Origin: Phoronis australis
Taxonomy: Eukaryota > Animalia > Phoronida
Direction of reading: 5' to 3'
Length of the DNA stretch: 64,000 bases
Assembly (NCBI GenBank): GCA_002633005.1
Contig: NMRA01000077.1
Location: 496,001 to 560,000 of the forward strand
The notes beneath the pieces were generated by a model, which was not told where the DNA came from, did no database searches, and saw nothing but the letters and a program-made list of their open reading frames with translations. The translations under genes and the position numbers were made by a program. Shown in pieces: positions 27,902 through 47,495 of this stretch. The first letter of the stretch is position 1. Each line of letters opens with the position of its first letter.

Positions 27902-28705
27902 CAGTGTTCTCCACATTATAAATTCCAAACTCGACGCAAATGTTGAATGTCAGTTATTGACATTGTTTTGTGTCTACTCATAAGCATGGTCATGCTGGAG
28001 TTATTTATATATGGTTTAAAACTGCACACTGCACTGGTGTGACCTACTTCTTAGACCTTTCAAAGTTTAGCTTTCCTAGCAATGCATCTCATAATTTCTC
28101 CAAAGCATTTGACAGACCAAGAGCAGCAAACAAAAGATCAAAAGTTCCTTTAATAATACCAATGCCGATTTTAATATCACTTAGACATATTAAGTACTAC
28201 TAACATGAGTTCTGATGTGACCTAGTTTTTAGTGACACCTGTTGTCAAGTTTAATAAGCTCATAAAGTTCTAACTTGCCACTAGATGTCAGTCAAAATCA
28301 AAATTGTCTTTATTAAGCAAATTAAATTGCTTTTTTATAGGTTGACTTGCAAAACTTTAAAGTTAGAATGACAAAGTAGATTAGTCATTCAATTAAGCAA
28401 GCTAGGTGACTCCATGAAATGTTTGTTATTTAAAGTTTTTTGCAGATTTTGTTAATTATAATTTAAACTTTTGTAGTGTCTTACGAAGTTATACATATAG
28501 TGTTGACTGCCTCTAAAGTTCTGTATTGGGCTTGATGTTGGTTAATCAGGCACTGCTTTAGCGTTGAGGGCTGAAATACCAAGCCAGGACAAAAGTTCAA
28601 ACCTGACGCAGCACTTTCTGAACTCGACGCGCATTTTCCAAACTTGACGCAGCAAAATCCAAACTCGTTACAGCGTCGAGTTAAAACAGGCCATGGAGAA
28701 CACTG
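27902..28705. mobile_element. Non-autonomous TIR transposon with CAGTG ends and apparent 5-bp TSD
   Basis: Perfect 12-bp TIR CAGTGTTCTCCA/TGGAGAACACTG, AGTAA on both flanks, repeated AAACTCGACGCA subterminal motifs; relative at 47210-47495. Confidence 0.75.
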
Positions 28706-30096
28706 AGTAATATCCAGTATGTATGTTGAGTTGGATTGTACACAATAACCAAGATGGCTCGGGAAGAACTTTGCAATTTTTGCAGTGACCTGGAACTGAT
28801 GTTATCCGGAACTGACACGTATTGACCGATATTGAGAATTTGGCAATTGCTGAATAAACTCAGCGTTTATTCACCAAATCAAGGACTGCTACATTCGACT
28901 AATATCCTGAAGACATACCCAACCAGTTAGCAACCAGCATCAACTACTCTGCCGGTGCCACTGCCAGTTTGTCATGTACCCCCTCGGATGGACATCTAGG
29001 GGCTACAATACCCCACATCAGTTTCTGACTAATCTCATTCTGTGTATTTTAAATGTGCAGTAGGACAAATCAGTCCACCGAATAAGAGGTGTTCATCTAG
29101 TCAAGAACACATTTTACACAAAAAATGTCACTTAAAGGACGTCCCCCTTCCACAGAACTGGGTAACCCAAACTGATTTATTCATTGTTGGTTTCTCAAAA
29201 CATTTGCAATCACGAACATTCCAAAGACATTACAAATTGTATCTACAGGAACTTCAGTTTTATATTAACATTGAGAGCAAGAATAATTCACTTAGAAACA
29301 GAACAATGCTGGTCTCAGACACAGGGATATGTCACAGCATCATAGTTGGTATAAATTCGGCACACTTTTCATTCTTTACAGTCTTGAGCCAAATCCGAAG
29401 CATTTCCGGTTTTTGAGAAAACCGAAAATACGATATACCTGCTTTCATCGTAGCTTCATGGTTTGCACAAGTAGGAACAATACATCACACCATAATGGCA
29501 AACACTCAGCTCATGAACCAATGACGTTGCTGCATCATTTACTCCTTCCTCACATGTTAACGCAGCAACAGTAGAGGCATCTAGTAAACTGATGGAGCAG
29601 TTCACACTACAATGTTACCGTTTACGCTCAAATCCAATACAATAACCAAATACAATAATTAATTCACACACAAGCATAATGATTTGGGAAAATGGAAGCA
29701 AATTGAAGGTCCCCTTGAAATGTTGACCTACTTTTCTTGTTGTACCCCAGTGTTTCCCCTGTTAATGCACGCGAAAGGACACTAAAACAGCACAAGATAG
29801 GACAATCAGAGTTTTCACAAACCCGTAAATACGCAGTAGATTCAGGGACCTTAGTTGAGTCCATATTTGGGACTGTTTCATGCAAACTGACACACGTGCC
29901 TCTAACCGGTCAACCCAGGGGCTACGTGTGCCTACTCGCCCAGTTGCGACAGTTGAGTTTTAACAAAAGCATTTGCAACTGCAGTAACTGTACCATAAAA
30001 TCACACAAAAACTATCTATCTCTCTATTGCAATACATACAGAAACACAGTAAAAACATCCGTCGTTTCTATAATCTCTACTACTGGGCATACTTAC

Positions 30097-30475
30097 ATCA
30101 GTAAATTACAAATACAGAACAAAACTTGTCACCGGTCCTCGCCACCGGTCCACACGTTCCAAAAACAAAGATGGTGGACAACGTGACATTTCCGTTCGAG
30201 GCCATATGAATATTAAATGGTATTTTTTTAATATATTCTTTATTGGCTATCCCCATTCACATGATCAACAAAACATGATGTTAAACAATTTAAATTAGTT
30301 GCGAAGAAATTTAATGAATCATTCTTAAAACATTGATTTCTGACCATTGGTGGCGCTACTTGTTTTAATAACATTTTTATGGGCTTCCGCTATTGATTTT
30401 GGCTCTTCTTCTTCTTCATTTTTTCGCATCTTATCGGCTAAGATTCCAGAGCTACAATTCGTTTTGCAAGTTTTG
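30097..30475. promoter_or_regulatory. Putative bidirectional promoter with non-coding first exons of EFTUD2 (-) and secernin (+)
   Basis: Divergent GTAAGT donors (minus strand at 30096-30091; plus strand at 30476-30481), TTCCG ETS-like motifs (~30190, ~30385), ATTGG boxes (30242, 30346). Both start codons lie just after acceptor sites. Confidence 0.5.
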
Positions 30476-30581
30476 GTAAGTTATCTCCTTAATTGTGATT
30501 TTGCATTAAAATCTTAACCGCATCTGTATAATTTATATTTAGTAAATAGTCGCCTAGTCCAAGTTTCGAACCCCGGCGGTC

Positions 30582-31391
30582 GACAGTGACCACCCAGTGG
30601 CAGGTCTACGTTTTCAGTAAGGCCAGTAAGGGGGTTTGGATTCGAGCGAATCCGAGGCGCATAGCGCCGAACCCGAGGTCAGGGGATGGAAGGTCGGAAG
30701 ATGGTTTCCCTCCTCCCGTGCAAGATTTTTTTGAGTTTTTAATAGTTAATTTCATTTTTCTGGTGAATTTTTTCCAATTCTTATTTTTGATCCTGTCCTG
30801 AAAAGGGGTCTGAACCCCCCTCTGTAGATCCGCCTCTGCCACCGTCTCTAGCTAAACTACAGACAGTGGAGCTCTCATAGGCGCTTCATACGCCGGAAGC
30901 TTTCCGGTGAATCATGCCTCACACTGATTGAAAAATCAAAGTCACGTTGAACTATAAGTACATTTTGCGCATAGAGGGACACCTTATGAGGCCGTCGATG
31001 TATTTAATTCCTCCCAACTCGACTTTTTCTTCGAGCAGTCCCTCGTTCAGTTCCCAAAATTGGTAACTCACCATTTTAAACACTGCAAGCAGCAGGTGGT
31101 ATGACGTCATATCCCCTGGCATGCTCGGTGTAAAAATGACGAGTTACCGATTTTGGGAACTGAACGAGGAACTGCTCAAAGAAAAAGTTTGATAACGGGA
31201 GTATTTGTTGGAGTTGGAAGGAATTAAACACATCAACGGGCTCCTAAGGTATCCCCCTACGTGCCAAAGGTATTTATAACAACGTGACTTTGATGTTTTA
31301 TGAGGCATAATTTGCCAAAAAACTTCTGGCATAGGAAGCACCTATAGGAGTTCCACCGTGTGTAGTTTAACTAGAGACGGTGGTCACTGTC
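30582..31391. mobile_element. Foldback/long-TIR non-autonomous element
   Basis: Left arm GACAGTGACCACC[insert]GTCTCTAGCTAAACTACA... is the reverse complement of right arm ...TGTAGTTTAACTAGAGACGGTGGTCACTGTC. Arms extend ~230 bp; related sequence at 46810-47010 and 50376-51239. Confidence 0.7.
30595..30838. mobile_element. Small TIR element nested in the foldback element's left arm
   Basis: TIR CAGTGGCAGGTCTAC / GTAGATCCGCCTCTG with 5-bp TSD CCACC; removing it restores the host TIR. Confidence 0.8.
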
Positions 31392-31690
31392 TACGAACGC
31401 AGTAGTGAGGGCGTAGTAACTGATAATCTTCATTTAAAAGTTGCTTAATTGCCAGGCATCCTAATCAGTCGACCAAAGAGCAACTGCCCGTCAGTCTTTT
31501 ATATGACTACACTCACTGCAGATTCACCACACTCTTCCGTATTCATTGATTAGGGGTCACGCCACCTGGAACTCAACATCAGATCGACATCCTTTACATC
31601 CGTTTCCTCAGCTATAGCACTACCAAACTCGGGAGACTGTTTGGTCTCTTTCTGCCGTTATGAGTACATACGGTAATTGGACTCCAATTT

Positions 31691-31840
31691 AGTGAAAAAT
31701 AACCTAGTCCAAGTTTCAAACCTTGTACCACATGCTTCAATGGCGGCATCATAACCAGTTAACCAGAGCAATTGTCCGTAGGTGAGTGGTTAAGACAGGC
31801 TTTTATATTACTACAGACACTGCAGATTCATCACACCTAT
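31691..31840 (-). mobile_element. tRNA-like (SINE-like) interspersed repeat
   Basis: Reverse complement matches 52905-53058 (TGGTTAACTGGTT A-box-like, GGTT(T/C)GAAAC B-box-like, GGACTAGGTTATTTTTCACT). Confidence 0.45.
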
Positions 31841-33159
31841 ATGGACTTCGTCAAATAATCAAAGGGATTTACAAGACATGACAAGGCTGGAAACTTATCA
31901 TGTTACGTAATATATAGCATATGAACCATCTGTTAGAATAAACCATATAAGTGAACAAAGGAGTAGTGAATGGGCCATAACGTATCTATATAGATGCAGA
32001 GGAAGTCAGGCAAGGTTCGTAATCTCTCCACTGCATGACACACGTGATTACCTCCTGCTTGACCTTCGATCAGGGTAAGACAATGACCCTGATCGAAAGT
32101 CAAGCATCACCCAATAACGGCAATTAACATATGTATCATGTATATAATTAGGCAAAGGGTGAGGGCACGAAAAAAAATTGTTTCTCGAAGAGTTGAAAAG
32201 GCATGAAAGATTTTCCATTTCCCTTAGCATGGAACAGGCAGGCAACACGATTTTTTTTGTGTCCCTAGCCTGTTTTTCATGAGTTCAAACTTGGGGTCAG
32301 AGCCAGCTATTGCAGTGACTGGAGATCAGGCGTTGACCATGTCACACTTGACCAGTGTCAAAACTTGAGCCTCAAGTAACTTTGCCTCCTTGGGATGGAA
32401 TTTTGGCTTTCGAGTAGCGTCCATGGTCTTATGATGAAATTTGTTGGATATGGGGGAGCACTCTGTTTGTAAACTGGGGGGTGCTCCCCTTGACTATACA
32501 CTTTCATCCATATTATGTCTCAGGAAAGTAAACGTTTATAGTGATGGTTGCAAACGAGCCAGGTGGGTAAGGTGTGAATACCTTTATGCCTTGGTAAAAA
32601 ATGTGTTACCAGGTCATGTTATTAGAAGTATAAACCTAATGGTAAGTACATACATGTTTATTTCACTTCCAGCTATGTTGATTATTTACTACATTGCCCA
32701 AATGTATTGCAGGTTATGGCTGGGCAGTCTGCCCTGGCAAATATGGGATGTCATCAATGGCATTGTAGACAGACTCCCGAAGGTTTTTTTGTTCTTGTGA
32801 AATACGGGCGCTACCAAACTTGCTTAATGTGTTCACTGGTTGCTCAAAATGACAAGAATTACAAGAAAGTTTTTGGTATTTTGTTTCAAATTGAACATAA
32901 ATTTGTGAATTGGGAACTGTTTATTGAAGAATTGCCCGACAAGAAAATTGTCGATATTTTGTTGCACTCAAGGATGATGCATGTGTTTGCTTCCTAAATT
33001 TAGCTGCAGACATTTTTAATTCCATTAACTTTGTAGCACTTGCTTTTTAATGAGATTTTTCCAAATCTGTAAATTTGAACAGCTTTGTACAACTCTAGAC
33101 ATTGCTTACTGTCTGAGCTGGAAAGCAAACCTTGCTCAAAAGGAGTTTGAAGCCATGTA

Positions 33160-33648
33160 TATCTGAAGCCTTTTACACCTGAAGCCTTGTACGCCTGAAT
33201 CCTTGTACGCCTGAAGCCTTGTACTCCTGAAGCCTTGTATACCTGAAGCCTTGTATTACCTTAAGCCTTGTATACTTGAAGCGTTGTATGCCTGAAGCAT
33301 TGTACGCTTAAAGCCTTATACACCTGAAGCCTTGTACACCTGAAGCCTTGTACGCCTGAAGCCTTGTACGCCTGAAGCCTTGTACGCCTGAAGCCTTGTA
33401 CACCTGAAGCCTTGTACGCCTGAAGCCTTGTACGCCTGAAGCCTTGTACGCCTGAAGCCTTGTACGCCTGAAGCCTTGTACGCCTGAAGCCTTGTACGCC
33501 TGAAGCCTTGTACGCCTGAAGCCTTGTACGCCTGAAGCCGTGTACGCCTGAAGCCTTGTACGCCTGAAGCCTTGTACGCCTGAAGCCTTGTACGCCTGAA
33601 GCCTTATACGCCTGAAGCTTTCCACACCTGAAGCCCTGTACACCTGAA
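33160..33648. repeat. 16-bp minisatellite (TGAAGCCTTGTACGCC)n, ~30 copies
   Basis: Direct inspection; in secernin intron 1. Confidence 0.95.
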
Positions 33649-33909
33649 TAGTTGATCTCGCATAAGAGCTTTTAGGTGATTGGCAATGTTGTGGGTTACT
33701 ATATTTCTTATGCTGGTATCTCAATGATCCAGGTTTAATTCCTTCAAATTGACAATTATATCCTACACAAAGTCATCACTATCTATAAGAGCCTTTCAAA
33801 TGTCGAGGGACACCTTTGGAAACTCTCGCTGTCTTTCGGAATTCTCCAGTTATTGTGACTTCCTTCCACTTTAATGTAATTTTTTCCATCCATATTTCAG
33901 GGCCCTACT

Positions 33910-40678
<6,769 letters not shown>

Positions 40679-41531
40679 TCAGCTTATTCAATGACAATGC
40701 CTTCCATGTTGATTATAAATAAGTGTTGTGAAATGTATGTGAATGTGGTGCTTTGTTACGCTACAGTCTTTCTTATTTATTTATCCAGTCAAGTATTATA
40801 GATAGATTTAACAGCTGATTAAAGCTTTATTATTGTTTTTATAGTTTATACATGTTACAGTGTTATATTGTTTACTGTATCTTGATTTTACCCCATTGTG
40901 TTATAACTGTTACTAACTATAAACACTACTACTCTATTTAAAGTTACATTGAGGCGCCGTTTAGGTAATATGCTTATTACCATGGGACATCACGTTTTAC
41001 ACTATGGCTTCGCTTGATTGACTTCGAAAGTTCCGCCATCAACTGGTCTGTAAGTTATTATCAAGAATTTATCAGATATCTTCGGCAGTTCACCTGGCAG
41101 AACTGTCAAGTCGGTCAAGTGTTCCAAGTGGCAATTGTTGGAATAGCTTTTATCCTCACAAAATCGAGTCATCAAGTAAAGCAAATTAACACATCTGGTT
41201 TTTTATGGTTATACTGTGGTTGGATTGGAGCTGATTGGTGGTATTTTTGGCTTTAATAAACAGTTTCATTATTATTTTATTTTAGTTTGAAGTTGACCAT
41301 TGTCTATGACTGACAGATTTAGTGCTCAATATAGCAGTTGTTATGATGTACTTAACATTACTCATCTAGTAATCAGAAGCTAGATTGAGGTTTTTGTTGT
41401 ATAAGCACTGATTTTATGCACAAAGGTCATGTTTCGTCTTTAACTATTTACCGTATATTTAAAAGAATACTAAACCTTATTTTGGGCATTTCAACCAATC
41501 CTCTTTCTGTCACCTGCTAATGCACCATTGG

Positions 41532-41687
41532 CAAAAGCAGGATTCATTTCAAATCTACCGTCACATTCAAGTGACAAAAGCAGGATTCATTTCAAATCTA
41601 CCGTCACATTCAAGTGACAAAAGCAGGATTCATTTCAAATCTACCGTCACATTCAAGTGACAAAAGCAGGATTCATTTCAAATCTAC
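41532..41687. repeat. 43-bp minisatellite, ~3.6 copies
   Basis: Unit caaaagcaggattcatttcaaatctaccgtcacattcaagtga. Confidence 0.9.
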
Positions 41688-43852
41688 TTTCTTTGTAACA
41701 GATAGGATATTATGGTTCTTTTTGGATGATCTTTCCTACAGTTGTCTTGTAATTCGCCAAAAGCATAGGTCAGGCTTGCCCGTTTAGCACGGACTTTGTA
41801 ATGAATTTTCAAATTTTGCTCATTATTTTGTTTCAGAGGACTGGATGGGAACATTGTTTTTAATATGTTTGTGGGCCATAAATGGGTTTGGTATCCTTTT
41901 ACCGCTCTTAACCCACAGTTGTGAATGAATAACTATGAAATTTTCAAAAAGCTGGATTGAGCAAGAGATGAATTGTTTATGTTTTAGTGCACAAATATGG
42001 TGCTCATAGACATCGGTTTGTAGATGACGGTGCTTTTTTGAAGGTCTGCTTTGTAGTCATAGATATGGCATGTGCTGACCAGTTGAAACACCTTGTGTCA
42101 AAAAATAAATGATTGAGGTGCTGGAGTTGTTGTTTACTTGCATCCATCAAACTTATGTATTACGTTTTAATCTTATGAATCTTTCAAATGTCAGAAATTA
42201 ATTAAGGACAAAGTGGGGACATTTTGACCTAGATCCGCTAGTTTTCTGCAGATTTTTTACCTTTGCCATTTTAGCTTTAGGGACAAACTGCAATTGCCTT
42301 AACAGGCTGCATTATTGTGTTCTCAACCTTTGAATGGTTATTAGGATACTACAGTGAAACTTGCCAATCAGAACTGCATTGAGTCGAATTTTCACTTAAC
42401 TCAAGTTTCCGTGTGTGGCCTTTCGAATAAGTTGGATTTTGCTTCATTCGCACAAAATCTCAGCACCGTTGGATCCAACTTATGGAAATTCCACTGTATT
42501 ACTACTTTACACACAATGAAAGGTGCAGCAACTTGTGGGTCCTGTTTTACTATTTTATGGATGTGCAATATAATGAATATGGTATGCGACAAACTATCCA
42601 GTGTGCTCTCAATGAATGCGACAGTTGCATAGAATAGCTATTGTTTTATGAAGATGTCTATAGATCTGTATGCAATAGAATGTGAATTTAGATGTCTATA
42701 GATCTGTATGCAATAGAATGCGATTTTTTTTGTTAATTTTGATTCAGCAGTTTGTTTCATTTTTGCTATGTGTTGCCACAATGCCGTCGATGTTGATAAT
42801 AAAACTATTCTGGCTTGAATGTTAATGGTTTCACAACTTTATAAAATCTAACATTTGCTGACAATTATAGTTTTAATGACACAGCTAATAATAATGATAT
42901 GCCTAAGCATGGTGGATAAAGTGACCAATCAAGACTCAAGCTGAAAACCTGAAACTAGAATATATCAAGTTAAAGCTACAAATCAAAAACAACAAGAGAA
43001 CTCCTTTTGATCCATGATTTTATCATATGTAACCTGTAGTGCTGAAATTTCAAAGGGGTCCACAGCATGAACCAAAACCATGTTTTTGAAAATAATGGCG
43101 CTGCATGGGTCTTTAACATGTGCAGTAAACAACAGTTAATGATATTTTAGTAACTAATGTACACCAAGGATTAAGTGTGTCACTGCTACCAATTTGAATA
43201 TTGCAGCTATGAAACCAGTCGAGGCCAAAAATATTGTAGTGCATCCAAAAGACAAAAGTGAACATGTGGACACCAGTGGAGTTATTAACAAAATTCCCTG
43301 TGTCTTGAGACGCTGATTATCACATCGAAATATTCTAGTGAGGTAATTTTGACTGATTTCTCGATGGAGGTTAAAAAGATTCATGCCTCACTATACTCTC
43401 TACCTTCACAAAGAAATTAACTGAACTGTCAATTCTTACCAAACTGAGACATCACCTACTTGAGATCAATTTAAAAACGGTAAGTAGTCTATAGCCACAG
43501 GACTACACATTGCAAAACATTTCAACATGTTTGAACACGACATAAATAAAGCTCTGAAATTTTAAATTCTATCGAAAACAGTGTTTAGAACATTCCTTCG
43601 CTTACGACATTTCATTTCACAAGTCCAACACCACCACCACTGTATCCATGCTGATTTGATTACAGTAAACTACGAAGAAAGTTTCATTAAATTCCCTCAA
43701 GCATTCATTTCAATGCAGTTTAACTGCACTACATGTTACATCCATTACTAGTCATCATTTGACTCATTAGTCATCACCTGCCTTTCAGCCTCCACTACAC
43801 ATCCATATCAGCCCATATTTACACATAAGATCCAAAGACGACGAGTTAAGAG

Positions 43853-44022
43853 AGGTAGCGCGTGCCTGGATATCCAGTCAGTCCATGGTTAATAAGGTAG
43901 CGCGTGCCTGGATATCCAGTCAGTCCATGGTTAATAAGGTAACGCGTGCCTGGATATCCAGTCAGTCCATGGTTAATAAGGTAGCGCGTGCCTGGATATC
44001 CAGTCAGTCCACGGTTAATAAG
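43853..44022. repeat. 42-bp minisatellite x4
   Basis: Unit aggtagcgcgtgcctggatatccagtcagtccatggttaata. Confidence 0.9.
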
Positions 44023-44677
44023 GCAATACAACTGATGAATTTTAAATACTATTCTAACAATCTTACATGATCACTATAAATTGCACCGGGTTAAAATAAC
44101 ACCATCTGATCTGAAAAATCTCGTGTAGGCAATCACAATCAAACAAGGGACTTCCTCTTGACCTTTATCTTTAAGTCAAAATTTTATTGCCGTGATGTTG
44201 TCCACCAACTACATTGTGATGAGTGAACACGTGCTGCAATAGTTGTTACCAAGTGGTAAACTTCCTTCAAGACATCACAACTGGTCATTGGAAACGACAC
44301 TTTTCAAAGAGATTCAGAAAACAATTTTTCAATGAAAGTTTTCCTTTTATACAGTTGGGCGAAAAGCAAAGTGGTCATTTAGATGACTTCTGGCTATTGA
44401 CCTTTAGCAAGGTACACTTATGTCCTACTTGTGTCCACATCATTACACTAACCTGAGGTCATTACACAAGACAAGACAATGGGCTTGTGAAACAGAAATA
44501 GTCAGTTTACTTGCTTTTTACCACAATTCAATAACACCAGTCTGGCCCGATGGTAATGGATGTGTGACAAATATCTACCTAGCAACTTCTCTCACAAATG
44601 GAATATTGCATACAAAAATACAAGAACAAGCATAGAAAAATGAAAGTCAATGGTAGAGCACCTTGAATTCTCAATAA

Positions 44678-45709
44678 CTAGGGTTGATTCAAAATTGCAC
44701 GTATTTTAGGTGCAGAAACATGAGAGGTACCCTGAATAGCCTCTAAAGGTTTGTTATTAACCCTGCTCGTTATCAATGCTACATCCCTCGCCGACAGGGG
44801 AACAAGAGCTGGTCGTAAGTTGCACTCGCTATTTCTGTGTCTCCTTTTTTCTTCATCGCTAGCTTTGTGAAGTGCTACTGTAAATTTTTGACGAGCGTTC
44901 ACAAGTTTTGACCCAGGTGCCACTAATGTGTAATCTTGCCGATTGCCTTTGTTCCCTTTCATAATACTCAACACACGAGCTTGACATGCACCATGTACAC
45001 AGCTACCAGTCGAACATTTAGTCATCTTTGTAGTTTCATCATTTTTGTTTTCCTTTTTTTGTTTTATTTTCTGCTTGCTAGTTCGTATTGATGCAGTCTT
45101 CTTTTTTTTCGTTTTCTTAACATGTTTGTTGGTCACCTCAACACTAATACTGCTATTTGCTACATGTTTCTGTTCATGAGCTAAAGGTTCCAAACATCGT
45201 CTAACCTTAGGTTTTATCTTTGTGTACTTCAAGGTATTCTGAGAATCGCTGAACGTACTATAATACTCCGGCGTTAAAGATACCGGTGGTAGTTTTCCGA
45301 GCTTTCTACATCTGTCTTTGCTCTCATCACAGGAAATGACACATGGACGTCTGCTGACAACCTGCCAGGGTCGCTGAGACAACATCTGCTTCAAATGAGA
45401 ATATTTTGTAGAGCTCTCTGGTGATGTACATGTTGACGAAGACATGTTAGAGTAGTCTGACAATGCTGATGACAAGTCCACTTCATCAAACAGTGTTAAA
45501 TCATCTGATGTTTTCAGTGGCGAATATGGCAAGCTTGAAACAAAATCATCATTTTGCAGTTTAATATCCAATGTGGAATCCACAGGTGTGTTATAAAGAT
45601 TTGACGTGAACATTTCAAAACACATGAAATCCGAATCTGGAGATGAGGGATAACCACTGTCAACAGACTGGCGTTCTTTTCTGTCAAGATCATGTCCAGA
45701 TGTCGCCAT
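44678..45709 (-). CDS. Uncharacterised 343-aa protein, single coding exon, acidic/Ser-rich N-terminus and basic C-terminal half
   Basis: 1-kb ORF in AT-rich DNA; GGCATGG Kozak-like start; upstream polypyrimidine/AG acceptor at ~45841; DSGYPS motif, KKTKKKK NLS-like run; candidate AATAAA on the minus strand near 44183. Confidence 0.65.
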   Translation of the reverse strand: MATSGHDLDRKERQSVDSGYPSSPDSDFMCFEMFTSNLYNTPVDSTLDIKLQNDDFVSSLPYSPLKTSDDLTLFDEVDLSSALSDYSNMSSSTCTSPESSTKYSHLKQMLSQRPWQVVSRRPCVISCDESKDRCRKLGKLPPVSLTPEYYSTFSDSQNTLKYTKIKPKVRRCLEPLAHEQKHVANSSISVEVTNKHVKKTKKKKTASIRTSKQKIKQKKENKNDETTKMTKCSTGSCVHGACQARVLSIMKGNKGNRQDYTLVAPGSKLVNARQKFTVALHKASDEEKRRHRNSECNLRPALVPLSARDVALITSRVNNKPLEAIQGTSHVSAPKIRAILNQP

Positions 45710-46809
45710 GCCGTAAATTTGACAAATTCCAATGTGGACGTCGACCCCCTACAACAGAAACTACCATGGTAACACAAGTTATACATATCAGTTACTCTAG
45801 GGTCTTCAGTCTACTCAAAGTCTATTGTCAACCGTCAACTCTATGGATTATTAATCATAAAAAAGAAAATTTCTGACATTTTTGAAAGACAACAGTAAAA
45901 CTTGGTTCTTGGCTTAACTCAGAAATTTTTCTCAACATAGTTCTTGTAGTTTGTACCCTACAGATAAGCCAAATTTCATCTACTGTGACAAAATCTCATA
46001 GTCCAGTTGCATCGGCCTCATGTGAGTTTGTCTTAATAACTAAGGAGCAGTGAATCTGCAACTGAACACAATCACAAAATCAGATCTCACATTTGGCACT
46101 ATGTATCATAAGCTGTTTAAATTATTTGGAAGTTACTGAGTGAGAAACATTTACTTCTACTGAATAATGAGCATATATTCAGAACAAGAGACTGGAGGGA
46201 CAACAGCCTCATCACACCTTAAACAATTGTTAGCGTATATAAAACTAAGTGTTTTTGCAGTGAAAGTTAAAGGCAGACAAGTACAATCAAGGCGCAAAAT
46301 CTAAATCACTCATCAAACCTATGGCGCGATTGTGCTATTGCTAGTATTTCACATCAAAACATTCCAATATTCCAGTTTCTTGACGGCACTGGTTACAAAC
46401 TGGCGTGTTGAAAATTCCTAAACACAGAGACTTGAACCGCGCATCCCAGCACAAGAGTCGACTGTACAACTGTTCAGAAGATATTGCTTCTCAACAAGAA
46501 GCTTGGGACAGATTTTATCGGACTGGTAATCAAGTGACACAACACTCCTTCACTTGAACAGATATGCCTCCTGGCTACAGATCTCAGTAACACCCTAGGG
46601 TTCAGGAATTTTCCCTCAGCAATGTCCATCTTGTGATCTGGATCCATCAACACTGGGCCGCCACCGGCCCAAAAGCTCTCCATGGGCAAAATACATCTCA
46701 CGGTTTTGATGGGACTCACCTCAGTTGGGAGCCACTGTTGAAAACTGACTCTTAGCTAAACCGCATGGACATTTGACTCTCATGATGGGAACTCCAGTTC
46801 AAGTCCAGG

Positions 46810-47010
46810 TGTATACTGGCTGGAAGATTTTCGGCAAATTACGCCTCACACTGATTAAAACATCAAAGTCACATTGTTACAAGTACTTTTGCGCATACAG
46901 AGACATACCTTTGGAGGTCGCTGATATGTCTTTAATTCATTCCAACTCGAAAAAATACTCCCATAATCAAACTTTTTGCTCGAGCAGTCCTTCATTCAGT
47001 TGCCAAAATC
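46810..47010 (+). mobile_element. Fragment of the foldback family arm
   Basis: CATCAAAGTCAC...TTCCAACTCGAA...AATACTCCC...TCGAGCAGTCC...CAAAATCGG shared with 30890-31060 and 50440-50580. Confidence 0.6.
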
Positions 47011-47209
47011 GGCAACTGGCCACTTATACACCACATGAGCCAGGGAATATTACGACACAATTAGCCAAAAAGCTTCTGGGGCATGAAGGTCATATAGGAA
47101 CTTCACTGTCTCTACGGCCAGTCAAGACGGATGCACTGTATAGTCAAGGTAGTTAACATAATTTTTCAACATTGGTACCCAACTAAGGTGAGCCCCACAA
47201 AACCGTGAG

Positions 47210-47495
47210 CAGTGTTCTCCACAACAGAAAATTCAAACTCAAAATTCATGTATACCTGTATGTGTTCAAAAGTCGATGTCTATACTATGGGAGTTTGAAT
47301 AGTAAGTCTTGAAATAAATGCATTGGATGGGTACCACAAGTTCAAAATGTACTAATTTGCTTAGGAGATGGCTAATCTCCCAATATTTCAAAGTCGTTGC
47401 GCAGGTTTTTAACTTGATGTAAGTGAGCCAAACTAGTCACAACAAAAATCAAGCTCGATGTAGTGACGAGTCTAACCAGGATGTGGAGAACACTG
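47210..47495. mobile_element. Short copy of the CAGTGTTCTCCA TIR element
   Basis: TIR CAGTGTTCTCCACA / TGTGGAGAACACTG; GTGAG on both flanks (offset by one base on the right). Confidence 0.7.

Noticed and set aside
33160-33724. 138-aa repetitive ORF (33308-33724) and CRISPR-like regularity
   Set aside because: Pure head-to-tail 16-bp minisatellite with no unique spacers; the ORF is a by-product of a stop-free repeat frame; eukaryotic intron context.
43846-44070. Repetitive ORFs on both strands (YLINHGLTGYPGTR)n
   Set aside because: Translation of a 42-bp minisatellite; no coding evidence.
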